From an uncultured Spirochaetota bacterium (GTDB lineage: Bacteria > Spirochaetota > Brevinematia > Brevinematales > JAOACQ01): DNA of 64,000 nucleotides. The stretch's first letter is position 1, and each line of letters opens with the position of its first letter. Positions 19,498 to 29,613 of this stretch are shown piece by piece. The notes beneath the pieces are model-generated. The model worked only from the letters and a program-made list of their open reading frames with translations. It did no database searches and was not told the origin of the DNA. Location: assembly GCA_963835575.1 (NCBI GenBank), contig CAWIGG010000002.1, forward strand, positions 512,001 through 576,000. Direction: 5' to 3'. The position numbers were made by a program, and so were the translations under genes.

Positions 19498-21813
19498 TTA
19501 TGTATCCGCGGGCTTTTTTTTCTCTTTATTATTATAGAGATCTTTATCAGCCAGAGCGAGAAGCGTTTCAATATCTGTTGATTCCCGGCCGTTGAATTCT
19601 GAAATTCCGAAACTCATGTCAAGAAGATAAGGCAAAGGTTCGTTTTCATTAAATTTCTTAATGTTAAGGTTGATTTTATTCTTGATTTTATCCAGATTTT
19701 CAATAGGAGTGTCCGGCGTTATTATCACAAATTCATCACCGCCGATACGCGATATGATATCTGACTTACGGAATGTTGTCTGCAGTATTTTCACGGCGCT
19801 GCGTAAGGCCCGGTCGCCTTCGCTATGCCCGTATTTGTCATTGATCTTTTTCAGACCGTCCATATCGGCGAAAAAGATAAGGAAATTCCTGCCTGCACGG
19901 AGGGCAAGGTTTTTCTGCTGTTCGGCAAATGTAAAAAACCCCCTTCTGTTGTAAAGGCCTGTTAATTCATCGATGATAGAAAGATTCTCAAGCTTTTTAT
20001 TGGTGTCCTCCAGTACAAGAAGGGTTGATTTGAGCTTTTCTTCAACCTCCAGCCGCTCATGATAAAGAATACTGCTCATGATAACACTGCTGATCTGGGA
20101 GGTCAGGGTTTCAAATATTACATTATTTTTCGGTTCAGACTCATAAACAGCGAAACCGAAGTTTTCTTCCCTGAAAACAAGAGGTTCAATTAGAAAATCC
20201 AGCTTGCCTTTGTTAAAGATTTTGTTGATTTTGGAAAAATCCTCAAAAAAAGTTTTCTGGTAAAATTCCTTCTGCATATTTATCAGATCAAGCTTGACGC
20301 CGTTATGATAAGCCGCGGTCAGGTAAAACTTTTTAGAAAGAAGCTCTTTGCATCTTTTCCCTGCCACCGCCTCTTTATAGATAAACATAAAAAAAGTTTT
20401 GATATTAAGCCTGGGAAGCTCCTGCATAACTATGTCTGCAAGCTTCTGCATATCATAAAGAGTGATGATAGTACCGCTGACGATGCGCAGGGTCTCGGAC
20501 TGTTTTTCCTGCTGGATCATCTTTAATTTTGGAATCCTGTAAGCGAAATGGGCAATAAGAAGAAACGCCGAATCCCAGAGAACTGTCGCGGATTCAATAT
20601 CATCCTTTTCTTCAAGAAATTCATGGGTTTTTGTCCTGAATGATGAAACGACGCCGTGCCAGAATAAAATATTATTATCAGACTCAACGGTCTCATTGAG
20701 TATTAAAGACAAGCTGGGACAAAAACTTTTGGCCGGGTTTCTTTCTTCAATATCTTTAATAAATGCATCAAAAAGCATATTCAGTCTGTTTTCAATATAT
20801 TGTTTGTCTAATGATGTGTTGAATTGGTCAATTATAGAGGTAATTATTTCATTTTTGTGCTGTTTAATCCCGGACAAACCGGAAAAATTGAGATTGTTTT
20901 TTAAATGTTTATGAATAAATTTTGTCTGTGAACAGCCGCAGGATTCCCGCACTATCAGTTCTGAATTGAGTGTCTTTTTAATGGGGATAATTTCTCCCCT
21001 GAGCGATTTAATCAATATTTCAACCGAGGCATACCCCAGTTGTTTTATGGGTGATTTTATGGTAGTAAGCGAGGGCGATGAAACCGCCGTTTCTTCAATA
21101 TCGTCATATCCGCCTACAGCTATTTTATCGGGTATGGATATTTCCCTTTTTTTCAACTCTGCCATTGCACCCAGGGCCATATTGTCATTAACGCCGATGA
21201 TTGCATCGATTTCCATTTTTTTTTCATCGAGAAGATATTCGACGGCCCTTTTACCGGATTCCGGCATAAGATCGCCGATTATAACCATTTCAGGATCAAA
21301 TTCAATATTATTTTCTTTTAAAGCATCCAGATAGGCACTAAAACGGTCTTTCATTTCCGGCAGACCCAGCGGTCCGCGTATAAAAGCTATCCTTTTTTTA
21401 TGATGGTAATTAATAAAATGATTGACCAGCTGCTTCATGCCTGAATAATTTTCTTCAACAACGGATGTGATATCTTCCATAGGCCTTCCAATACTGATAG
21501 TGGGAATAGGGGAAAAATGAAGATGGAATGATTTAAATTCATCGATACTGATAAAACTTCCCACACAAGTTATAATGATAAGCCCGTCAAAGTAGTCCGT
21601 TTTAATCAGGTTATAAACGGAATTCCTTCTTTTTTCATAAATGTTTACAGGCGAATGTTCCAGCGTACCGCCGCAGATGGCAATAAAATCGATATCATTT
21701 TTCCTGGCGGCTTCCGATGCTCCCTCCCAGATCAGCGTCTGATATTTACCAATGCTGATTATATTGTCAGTTAGAAATCCTATTTTTAGGCGGGGCTTGT
21801 TTCTCAAAGCCAT
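19498..21813 (-). CDS. LacI-type sugar-binding domain fused to GGDEF diguanylate cyclase
   Basis: RIAFIRGP, VNDNMALG, VGGYDD, RESCGC; DELTGLYNRR, RKSD I-site, GGDEF. Confidence 0.9.
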   Translation of the reverse strand: MALRNKPRLKIGFLTDNIISIGKYQTLIWEGASEAARKNDIDFIAICGGTLEHSPVNIYEKRRNSVYNLIKTDYFDGLIIITCVGSFISIDEFKSFHLHFSPIPTISIGRPMEDITSVVEENYSGMKQLVNHFINYHHKKRIAFIRGPLGLPEMKDRFSAYLDALKENNIEFDPEMVIIGDLMPESGKRAVEYLLDEKKMEIDAIIGVNDNMALGAMAELKKREISIPDKIAVGGYDDIEETAVSSPSLTTIKSPIKQLGYASVEILIKSLRGEIIPIKKTLNSELIVRESCGCSQTKFIHKHLKNNLNFSGLSGIKQHKNEIITSIIDQFNTSLDKQYIENRLNMLFDAFIKDIEERNPAKSFCPSLSLILNETVESDNNILFWHGVVSSFRTKTHEFLEEKDDIESATVLWDSAFLLIAHFAYRIPKLKMIQQEKQSETLRIVSGTIITLYDMQKLADIVMQELPRLNIKTFFMFIYKEAVAGKRCKELLSKKFYLTAAYHNGVKLDLINMQKEFYQKTFFEDFSKINKIFNKGKLDFLIEPLVFREENFGFAVYESEPKNNVIFETLTSQISSVIMSSILYHERLEVEEKLKSTLLVLEDTNKKLENLSIIDELTGLYNRRGFFTFAEQQKNLALRAGRNFLIFFADMDGLKKINDKYGHSEGDRALRSAVKILQTTFRKSDIISRIGGDEFVIITPDTPIENLDKIKNKINLNIKKFNENEPLPYLLDMSFGISEFNGRESTDIETLLALADKDLYNNKEKKKPADT

Positions 21814-22006
21814 ATCAAATATCCTGAAATCATATTTTTGAAAACATTATTTCAATTATTAGTTTAATTGATTTGATAATTTTGTCAAAGGTTTAAATCT
21901 TAAATTAATTTCAGCCTGATATCTGAATAGTGTAAACCTTTTTTTGAGTTTTTGAAAAGAATTTCATATAATATGAAAAAGTTTTAATGATCCGGGGAAA
22001 ATTAAA

Positions 22007-24490
22007 ATGGTTAAAAATAATATCTATCTTATTATCCATGGGCATTTCTACCAGCCGCCGAGGGAAGAGCCGGGCACAGATGAGATAGACCGTCAGCCGT
22101 CCGCTGGGCCTTTTCATGACTGGAATCAAAGGATCAATAAAGAATGCTATGCCGCGAATGCGGCGTCCAGGATCCTGGACAGCTCGGGAAGGATAGAAGA
22201 AATTATTAATAATTATAAGTATATCAGCTTTAACTTCGGGCCGACTTTGATGAAGTGGCTGAAACGGAATGATCCTTTAACATACGGTTTGATTATTGAT
22301 GCTGATAAAGAAAGCAGGACAATTCAGAATAGACATGGGAACGCCATTGCTCAGGTCTATAATCATATTATACTCCCCCTGGCCAATGACAGGGATATTA
22401 TCACGGAAATAGACTGGGGTATCCGTTCGTTTCAAAAGGATTTCGGCAGAGACCCGGAAGGGATCTGGCTTTCAGAAACGGCCATTAATAACCGCGTGGC
22501 AGAGCATTTAATAAGTTTCGGCATTAAATTTGTCATACTTTCCCCCGACCAGGCAGAGGAAACAAAGCAATTCCATGCGCACAATTGGCATTCCGTCACT
22601 CACGGTACAATAGATCCGTCAAAACCATATTTGTTGAATGAACTTAACGGCAGTCTTACAGTCTTTTTCTTAAATCCGGACATTGCACGGAAAATCAGTT
22701 TTGAACATCTTTTAAGAAATGTGGAATATTTAAGGGGTGAAATACTTTCACATAATAAAGCCGAACAGGAAAACATTCTCATCCATACCGCTACTGACGG
22801 CGAATCGTACGGCCATCATGAACCGTTCGGCGATATGTGCCTTGCGCGTCTGATTTATGATAATAAAGCATTGAATGATTTTAAGTTTACAAATTACGGC
22901 CGCTATCTGGAAATGTTCCCGCCGCAGGATTTTGTCCGGCTGAAGGAATTGGGCGAACAAAAGGGATCTTCTTGGAGCTGTCCTCATGGCGTCGGAAGGT
23001 GGTATGAGGACTGCGGCTGTTCGACCGGTGGAAAACCCGGCTGGAACCAGAAATGGAGAACACCCCTCCGCGAAGCATTTGATTTTTTAAGAGATAATCT
23101 ATACGGTGCGGCCGAAGAAAAATTAACTTCCTGCCTGGAAAATTTATGGGAAGCGCGCAATGAATATCACAGGGTTATTTATGCTGATACAGATGAAGAA
23201 AAGAAACAAGCCGCCGCTGTATTTTTAAAAGAACTGACTAAAATGAAACCCGGCAGCCCGGAAGGGATTTTTATTTTGAAAATCATGGAAGCCCTCTATA
23301 ATACGCTTCTTATGTATACCAGCTGCGGCTGGTTTTTTTCAGATATTTCGGGTATTGAGACTGTCCAGAATATGAAATATGCCTTGCAGGTTCTTGATCT
23401 GGCCTGTGATATAATACCTGAAGAAACCAGGGAAAAATTTCTCATTATGCTCGGTATGGCCAGGTCTAATATTCCCGAATTACGGGACGGCAGATGGATT
23501 TTTGAAAACAGAGCCGAAAAAACTTTCTATTATGAAGAACAGGCGGCAATGGAATGTTTGTTAAATGCCGTTTTAACAGGCCGGAAAATAAAGCCTTTGC
23601 AGAAAATGAAAAAGTATTTTTATGAGCTGTATTTTTCTTTTTTTCAGGGAATGATAAAAAAGGGTTTTGAAATTTATAAATCAATAATCGGGATAATCAA
23701 TATCTTTTTATCTGAAGAGAAGAATTATATTATTTATCTTATTAAAAAGGGAAATGAATATCATTTTTTCATCAAGCAAACTGATGATAATTCTCTTATC
23801 GGCTACCTGGACAGAATAATAGAAAAGAAAAACGGCAATGATATTTTAAGATATTTTGCCGATTGGTTCGGGAAAAGCTACACTCTTAAAAATTTTACAC
23901 ATGATGCGAGAGAATATATTCTTAGGAAAATATTTGAAGATGTGATGCTCTGCCTTCATAAAAATAAAGAAAAAGCATTAAACCGGATTGAGGATTATCT
24001 ATCCGCCGTCAGGCTTTATTGTGAACTGGATATAAAAATGCCTGAAAATGATTCGGCGGCTATAGAAGGATATTTTAATGAGATTATTCTGACTGAACTT
24101 GGGAAATTGGAAAGCTTTGATATCGATTCTTATGACTTTTCCTATCTGGTCCGGATAATCCAGACCATTCGGCAGGGTGATATGACAATTGATTATGCTG
24201 ATATACTTCCGTATATCCGCAATTATGTTTTAAAGCGTATGAATGAAGCGATCATAAGGCAAAACACAAGGGAACTTAAACATATAGAAAGAGTCATTGA
24301 TTTTACAAATTTTGCCGGGATTGATTTTGAGAAGTATGAAATTCAGAATTTACTTTATATTGAGTTGTCAAACCTTGCTTCAATGCAGATAAAAATGTCT
24401 GAAAATGTCATTGAACTCCTTCTCCGTATTGCGTCAAAATTTAATATTGCCGTTCATCATTTCGAAGAAAAATTAAGAAGCGGTCGTTAG
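22007..24490 (+). CDS. Glycoside hydrolase family 57 protein with DUF3536-type extension
   Basis: HGHFYQPPRE, FNFGPTL, YNHIILPL, GIWLSETA, ATDGESYGHH, SWSCPHGVGRW, MYTSCGWFF. Confidence 0.88.
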   Translation: MVKNNIYLIIHGHFYQPPREEPGTDEIDRQPSAGPFHDWNQRINKECYAANAASRILDSSGRIEEIINNYKYISFNFGPTLMKWLKRNDPLTYGLIIDADKESRTIQNRHGNAIAQVYNHIILPLANDRDIITEIDWGIRSFQKDFGRDPEGIWLSETAINNRVAEHLISFGIKFVILSPDQAEETKQFHAHNWHSVTHGTIDPSKPYLLNELNGSLTVFFLNPDIARKISFEHLLRNVEYLRGEILSHNKAEQENILIHTATDGESYGHHEPFGDMCLARLIYDNKALNDFKFTNYGRYLEMFPPQDFVRLKELGEQKGSSWSCPHGVGRWYEDCGCSTGGKPGWNQKWRTPLREAFDFLRDNLYGAAEEKLTSCLENLWEARNEYHRVIYADTDEEKKQAAAVFLKELTKMKPGSPEGIFILKIMEALYNTLLMYTSCGWFFSDISGIETVQNMKYALQVLDLACDIIPEETREKFLIMLGMARSNIPELRDGRWIFENRAEKTFYYEEQAAMECLLNAVLTGRKIKPLQKMKKYFYELYFSFFQGMIKKGFEIYKSIIGIINIFLSEEKNYIIYLIKKGNEYHFFIKQTDDNSLIGYLDRIIEKKNGNDILRYFADWFGKSYTLKNFTHDAREYILRKIFEDVMLCLHKNKEKALNRIEDYLSAVRLYCELDIKMPENDSAAIEGYFNEIILTELGKLESFDIDSYDFSYLVRIIQTIRQGDMTIDYADILPYIRNYVLKRMNEAIIRQNTRELKHIERVIDFTNFAGIDFEKYEIQNLLYIELSNLASMQIKMSENVIELLLRIASKFNIAVHHFEEKLRSGR

Positions 24491-24542
24491 CAGGAAGACT
24501 AAAGGATTTGTTCCTTTTTCCTGAAGGTATATAAGACGGGAT

Positions 24543-24613
24543 AGCGGCCAGCGGGAATCGAACCCGCGCCATTAGCTTGGAAGGCTAAGGTACTGCCACT
24601 GTACGATGGCCGC
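24543..24613 (-). tRNA. tRNA-Gly (anticodon TCC), CCA not encoded
   Basis: GCGGCCATCGTACAGTGGCAGTACCTTAGCCTTCCAAGCTAATGGCGCGGGTTCGATTCCCGCTGGCCGCT folds as a cloverleaf. Confidence 0.95.
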
Positions 24614-24622
24614 AGCTTATGA

Positions 24623-25048
24623 TTAGAAAAGAATCTGCTTGTATAATACAAGATGCAGTAAACCGGCAAATACAGTGACTATTCCGGCAATACCTTTATA
24701 TTTTTCAATATATGTGTAATATTTTTTCTTTCCCTCTTCAGGGACATTGAGAATTTCTATTACATTGGGGTAGATGATAGTGCTGTCAATGATCAGAAGC
24801 AAAGCAGGAATCAAAGCTCCAATGACAGGAGGAGCAAATATCGCTGTAAAATCCGGCGCAAATAAATTCCAGATCCCGATAATAATTCCTGCAAAAGCCA
24901 GAAAAAGCCTTGCGGCTCCTTTTTCAATCATTTTATCCACTTTGCTGAAAAAGGCTTTACTCTGCGGAAAAGCCTTAATGACAACCTCGCCAGATAAAAT
25001 AAAACCGTAAAATAACAATATGAGAGAAAATAAAATAACCCCCAGCAT
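24623..25048 (-). CDS. Hypothetical membrane protein (about 4 TM segments)
   Basis: AAGGAGG RBS; four hydrophobic segments. Confidence 0.8.
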   Translation of the reverse strand: MLGVILFSLILLFYGFILSGEVVIKAFPQSKAFFSKVDKMIEKGAARLFLAFAGIIIGIWNLFAPDFTAIFAPPVIGALIPALLLIIDSTIIYPNVIEILNVPEEGKKKYYTYIEKYKGIAGIVTVFAGLLHLVLYKQILF

Positions 25049-25165
25049 CCTTTTCCTCCTTCTCTATGATAAGAAATAAATTATAAAATTTCTTATAAAG
25101 AAAGTCAATAAATTGCCGGGTTTCATAATAATTCCGGGTTGAATCGGAATATTCGTTTTATATTT

Positions 25166-26455
25166 TTAAAAACGGCTGCTTATTGTGACAAAATTTACTT
25201 TTAGTTCGTTATTAAAAGAAAGAGAATCTGAGAACTCGATTTTAGGAATAAAACTGATTTTGCTATTGTAATTAAAATAATAAATGGGGGCTCCGATCAG
25301 ATCGAATAAATATCCCAGTGCAAATAAGCCGATGCTGCCGTAAGTGAGAGCTTTATATGCATCGGGATCGGTAATGATATTTTCTTTTGCGCAGTATTGT
25401 GTGCCCAAAAAAACCGCGGCTGAAAAAAAAGATATGCCGAGGACTGTAAACCCTCCTCCGGCATCCCCGACAATAAAATGCGCCAGCCCGCTGCCTGGGA
25501 GACAGAGGCCGGTAATTCCTCCGATTATTAAGTTCTTTAGAGGTATTATAGTATTTCTTTCTGAAACGGGAGGTTTATGCAGGGTAGAGTCGTTCTTATT
25601 TTCATTTTCTGATTGAGAGCTGTCTGATTCTTTATTCTTACTTTGAGACTCCATATATTTTGTTTTATTTTGCTTTACTCTTTTTATCGTTTGGTCCAGG
25701 GTCTCTTCATCAGAATCTGGAATATTTTGATCGTCAGTATTTGTATTTAAGTTTGTAATATTTTCTGTGCTCAATGAATCATCAGTTTTATTAGTGCTGA
25801 CAGATGAGCCCTGCATATTATTTAATTGATTTGATTCTTTCATATTTTTGACAAAAACTTTTATCTTTTCTAAAAAGTAATGAATGGTAGAATCGATTGA
25901 AAATGAACTCGCGGGATTATTATTAACAGCCGGAGGATTTTCTAATGCGGTTTGATCGACTGCTCTTCCATGTACCATATTATTTATCAGCAAACTGCAG
26001 GTATAAGATAAATCCGATAAAGAAGAAGCTTCTCCTGTATCTCCGTATTCCATTATACCTGACTGGACATGTATCATGCGCATATTGATGTAATATTTTT
26101 TGTCTAAAAGATTCACAGTGCCGAGCATTATTTTTTGAGCGGAAAGAAATTCGCCGATTTTAACTGCGTAATCATTGCCGCTTAGACCGGAAAGCTGGAG
26201 CTTTTTTTCCTCGAGTATTTTTTTCATGTCCTTTCTTTCCAGGATTTTATATTTGCCTGTTTTGAAAATTTCGATACGTATCCTCTCTGTTACAAATTCA
26301 GCAGTTTCAGGATCAACACCTTTCTTCGGCTCAAAATCTATTATGGCTATTGGAATCTGGTCATTAGGCCCGTTTTCAGCGAAGATAAAGCTTTTTACAG
26401 AAATAAGAATAAATACAGAACTAACTAATATGAGTATCTTTTTATAGGAATCCAT
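25166..26455 (-). CDS. Exported protein with CsgG/TolB-N-like domain, low-complexity linker and hydrophobic C-terminal region
   Basis: Signal peptide; IAIIDF...YKILERKDMKKILEEKKLQLSG...VKIGEFLSAQKIMLGTV pattern; GGAGG RBS. Confidence 0.75.
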   Translation of the reverse strand: MDSYKKILILVSSVFILISVKSFIFAENGPNDQIPIAIIDFEPKKGVDPETAEFVTERIRIEIFKTGKYKILERKDMKKILEEKKLQLSGLSGNDYAVKIGEFLSAQKIMLGTVNLLDKKYYINMRMIHVQSGIMEYGDTGEASSLSDLSYTCSLLINNMVHGRAVDQTALENPPAVNNNPASSFSIDSTIHYFLEKIKVFVKNMKESNQLNNMQGSSVSTNKTDDSLSTENITNLNTNTDDQNIPDSDEETLDQTIKRVKQNKTKYMESQSKNKESDSSQSENENKNDSTLHKPPVSERNTIIPLKNLIIGGITGLCLPGSGLAHFIVGDAGGGFTVLGISFFSAAVFLGTQYCAKENIITDPDAYKALTYGSIGLFALGYLFDLIGAPIYYFNYNSKISFIPKIEFSDSLSFNNELKVNFVTISSRF

Positions 26456-26479
26456 TATGCCTCCATTTATAATTGTTAT

Positions 26480-26495
26480 AGCAACATATATGCCA
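26480..26495 (-). promoter_or_regulatory. Sigma-54 (-24/-12) promoter candidate
   Basis: Minus strand TGGCAT-ATATG-TTGCT vs consensus TGGCAC-N5-TTGCW, about 25 nt upstream of the ATG at 26455. Confidence 0.7.
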
Positions 26496-26644
26496 GATAT
26501 TTTATTTAAAATAAAAATAAAATCAGGACTTTATTTATTATAATATATGAAGATATAAAAATCTTTATTTTTATTAAAATATCTGCAGTCAGGTTGATAC
26601 TTTAAGAATAATAATTTTATCAAATTAGATATATCGAAAGTGAT

Positions 26645-27502
26645 TTATCCGGCAGCTTTGAAATGGGCTTTTGCATATTTTAAAAAATCAGCTGACGATA
26701 AATCCTTTTTCATTTTTAAAAACAATCTGGAAGCATCCTTTCCGCAGCCTTTTGGAATTTCTATCCCCAGTTCATTCGACTTTTTTTCTATCCAATCCAG
26801 AAAATGATACCGCGCCATTATTGATGCGGCCGCAACGGCGGTAAACGATTCCCCTTTCTCAACAATAATGGAATCCTGCGAAAGATTATTTCTGAAATTA
26901 TCATTGAGATCTTCAGAACTGGTGAATTTATCAAGTATAACAGTATTAAACGGTTGCTTTTTCATATAATTAACTAAATTGATATACTCTGCCATCATAA
27001 GTTTATTGAGGTTGCCGTGTTTTTCATAGAGTTTATTATATTCCTGCGGTTCAATAACCCTGACGGAATAAATGATTTTATTTTTCAACCGGGTGAAAAG
27101 CTGCCGGATCATGAAGTCTGTAATTTTTTTCGAATCCATAACCCCGTCTTTGATGATTGGATCTTTTTGTTCTTTATTGATAACAGCTCCGGCGAGCACC
27201 AATGGTCCGAAATAGTCGCCCTTTCCGGATTCGTCCAGACCGAGGACTGGATATTTTAAAGAATCGTCTGCCTTCTTAAATAAAGAAGTTATATTAAGAT
27301 TATGAAGAATTGTATTTATGGTATTTTCATTACCCTGAAAAAGAACGCTCCCGTTCTTATAAAAAATAATACTGGCATTATTTCCTTTGGCTCTCCAGAA
27401 GGCGTGCTCATTTTCATGAAAATCAAAATTCTCTTTTTGCAGAATCACTGCGAGGTCCTTCTGGCAGCTTGTGTCAAGAACAATCTTTTTTGAGATTAAC
27501 AT
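26645..27502 (-). CDS. rnhC: Ribonuclease HIII
   Basis: N-terminal TBP-like domain (FYKNGSVLFQG), GLDESGKGDYFGPLV, DSKK, AVAAASIMAR. Confidence 0.9.
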   Translation of the reverse strand: MLISKKIVLDTSCQKDLAVILQKENFDFHENEHAFWRAKGNNASIIFYKNGSVLFQGNENTINTILHNLNITSLFKKADDSLKYPVLGLDESGKGDYFGPLVLAGAVINKEQKDPIIKDGVMDSKKITDFMIRQLFTRLKNKIIYSVRVIEPQEYNKLYEKHGNLNKLMMAEYINLVNYMKKQPFNTVILDKFTSSEDLNDNFRNNLSQDSIIVEKGESFTAVAAASIMARYHFLDWIEKKSNELGIEIPKGCGKDASRLFLKMKKDLSSADFLKYAKAHFKAAG

Positions 27503-27607
27503 ACTTTAATCCTTAATAGTTAATACTACCTGATGTATAATGCTTATCAAATCTAATATAAAAATAACGGCGTATTATTTTAAGGTATAAATACTTCAAA
27601 AGCAAAT

Positions 27608-27635
27608 TTGACATTTGGCGTTTATCAATTAAAAT
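27608..27635 (+). promoter_or_regulatory. Sigma-70 promoter candidate for the ComFB gene cluster
   Basis: TTGACA-N16-TAAAAT. Confidence 0.6.
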
Positions 27636-27799
27636 ATACCGATACCCTGATGCTTCCGGAAAAATTGGAAATTAATACAGGGCAGTGCACTGAACCAAAT
27701 AGATGACCTTATCAATAGGATTGCGTTGAGCATTTCGGCGATCATGTTTTTTGTAAATGAATATAATTTGTATTGGTTCATTGTACAGGCGAGCGTAAT

Positions 27800-28462
27800 A
27801 TGGTTGATTTAAAAAATATATTGGAAGACATTGTTTTTGATTTAATTGATAATCTGGATGAAGCGAAAAAAGGCGAAATCAATAAAAGTAAGAGAAAAGA
27901 AATAGCGGCTTATGTCCTTAACAGAATTAAACCGATGTATATTACAAGCAACAAAGGCTTTAATAATGTAATAGTAAAATATCAGAAAGACCCTCAATTT
28001 GTTGCGGATATTATTCTGCAGATTTCAGAGGCTTTGAAAATCATAAAAAAGTCATCCATACAAAATTATATACCGGAGAGCCTGGAAAGAGATAAATTAT
28101 ACTATATTTTTCCTAAAATATATGGTAAGATAATCTCTTTAAAAGGGCTTTTGCCTGTAGATAAAGCGCAAGTATCTCTTTTAGTTGATAATAAATTAGC
28201 TTCGACATTATATGAACTCTGGAAAAACCCAGCTGAGATTATGCCTCGGGATGAAGGTATATTTTCCTTTGCGCCCAGACCGGTAATTGCTGTGCCGCCA
28301 TTTGAAAAAAAGAATTTTGTTATGACGGTTTGTATTGAGAAAAACAGAAAAAAATACGATAAAATATTCTCATACGAAACAGAGCCTTCTTTAACGGCTG
28401 AAGACAGCAGCGATTTCTACGAGAATGTACTTCAGCTGGAAGATATTTATGTGCCTTTTTAA
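27800..28462 (+). CDS. ComFB family protein with C-terminal extension (putative cyclic-dinucleotide receptor)
   Basis: LKNILEDIV...EIAAYVLNRIKPMY matches the ComFB pattern; Zn-binding cysteines absent; ATG 27800 preferred. Confidence 0.75.
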   Translation: MVDLKNILEDIVFDLIDNLDEAKKGEINKSKRKEIAAYVLNRIKPMYITSNKGFNNVIVKYQKDPQFVADIILQISEALKIIKKSSIQNYIPESLERDKLYYIFPKIYGKIISLKGLLPVDKAQVSLLVDNKLASTLYELWKNPAEIMPRDEGIFSFAPRPVIAVPPFEKKNFVMTVCIEKNRKKYDKIFSYETEPSLTAEDSSDFYENVLQLEDIYVPF

Positions 28463-28508
28463 ATTCTGTTGATAGAGTTTTTGAATTTTTAAGAAAATGG
28501 AGGAAGAG

Positions 28509-28658
28509 ATGGATCAGGGTTCAAAGAATGGATTATTAAAGGATTTTTTCAAAAATCCTGCCGCAGTGATTATATTAGTAATAATTATATTATTTTTAAT
28601 TGTGGTTTTAATTCCGCAGAGCTTTTGGGTAAATTTATCCATGAAATATTTTAAGTAG
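28509..28658 (+). CDS. 49-aa single-pass membrane protein (absent from the ORF track)
   Basis: GGAGG RBS 5 nt before ATG; MDQGSKNGLLKDFFKNPAAVIILVIIILFLIVVLIPQSFWVNLSMKYFK; stop 7 nt before the next gene. Confidence 0.75.
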   Translation: MDQGSKNGLLKDFFKNPAAVIILVIIILFLIVVLIPQSFWVNLSMKYFK

Positions 28659-28665
28659 GTGAATT

Positions 28666-29577
28666 ATGGCTGAAGATATTACTTTTTACTCTAAAAATGA
28701 TATCGAATGCCCCGTCTGCAATACAACATTTAAAAGGGAAGAGCTTCTTACAGGAAGGGGGAGATTAAGCGCGGGAGATCTGACAAACGAGTTGAGAAGA
28801 ACATATATCCCCACTCAGAAATTCGGAGCGGTAAATCCTCTGCTTTATCCCATGACTGTCTGTCCGACATGCCTTTATGCCGTTGATGATTTTGATTTTC
28901 TGAGCATACCTTCAAAAGCGGTACAGAATATAAAAAATTTTAAGGATGTCAGAGCGAGCTATCTCGTTAAGATCTTCGGCAGAATGCCGTCATTCCGGGA
29001 AAACCGGGATCTCGTCAGCGGTATATCAAGCTATATTTTATCAATCAGCTGTTATCCTTTCTTTGATAAGAAAAAGTTCTCACCATCTATTAAGATCGGT
29101 ATTTATTCTCTCAGAACAGCCTGGCTCTTTGAAGATTTATTTAAAGAAACAAAAGATAATAAATATCAGGATTTATCCCAGATGTTTCATTTAAAAGCGC
29201 TGGAGTTTTATGATTACGCCATAGCAAATCAATCCAAAGCGGCCGAACCGATGGAAAACATCAGATCGCTCGGACCTGATACGGATAAAAATTTTGGATA
29301 TGACGGCGTGCTTTATGTGAACGCCATCCTGAAATTCAAAAATTCTCATCTGATAGAAGACCCCTATCAAAAGCTGAAAGTATATGATGATGTCAAAAGG
29401 ATTCTCAGCAAGGTCTTTGGTATAGGCAAGAAAGCGAAGGACAAACCGGAAGTGCTGCTTAATTTCGCAAAAGAAATCTATGAAAAAATAGGGGAAGAAA
29501 CCGAGATGCTCCAGAATTCTCTTCAAAATATTGAAACAGACGGTGATAATACCGGGCAGAACAACGGTACGGCTTAG
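28666..29577 (+). CDS. DUF2225 domain protein
   Basis: CPVC and VCPTCLYA Zn motifs, NPLLY, LRTAWLF, GPDTDKNFGYDG. Confidence 0.8.
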   Translation: MAEDITFYSKNDIECPVCNTTFKREELLTGRGRLSAGDLTNELRRTYIPTQKFGAVNPLLYPMTVCPTCLYAVDDFDFLSIPSKAVQNIKNFKDVRASYLVKIFGRMPSFRENRDLVSGISSYILSISCYPFFDKKKFSPSIKIGIYSLRTAWLFEDLFKETKDNKYQDLSQMFHLKALEFYDYAIANQSKAAEPMENIRSLGPDTDKNFGYDGVLYVNAILKFKNSHLIEDPYQKLKVYDDVKRILSKVFGIGKKAKDKPEVLLNFAKEIYEKIGEETEMLQNSLQNIETDGDNTGQNNGTA

Positions 29578-29613
29578 GGTAATATAATTGCTGAAAAAGA
29601 CCAAGGGGTTTTA

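Noticed and set aside
24543..26600. tRNA-anchored genomic island at tRNA-Gly or tRNA-Pro
   Set aside because: No integrase and no duplicated tRNA 3' end seen in the window.
27642..27799. Possible 6S RNA
   Set aside because: CCCTG pairs locally with CAGGG about 30 nt away; no long closing stem or central bubble.
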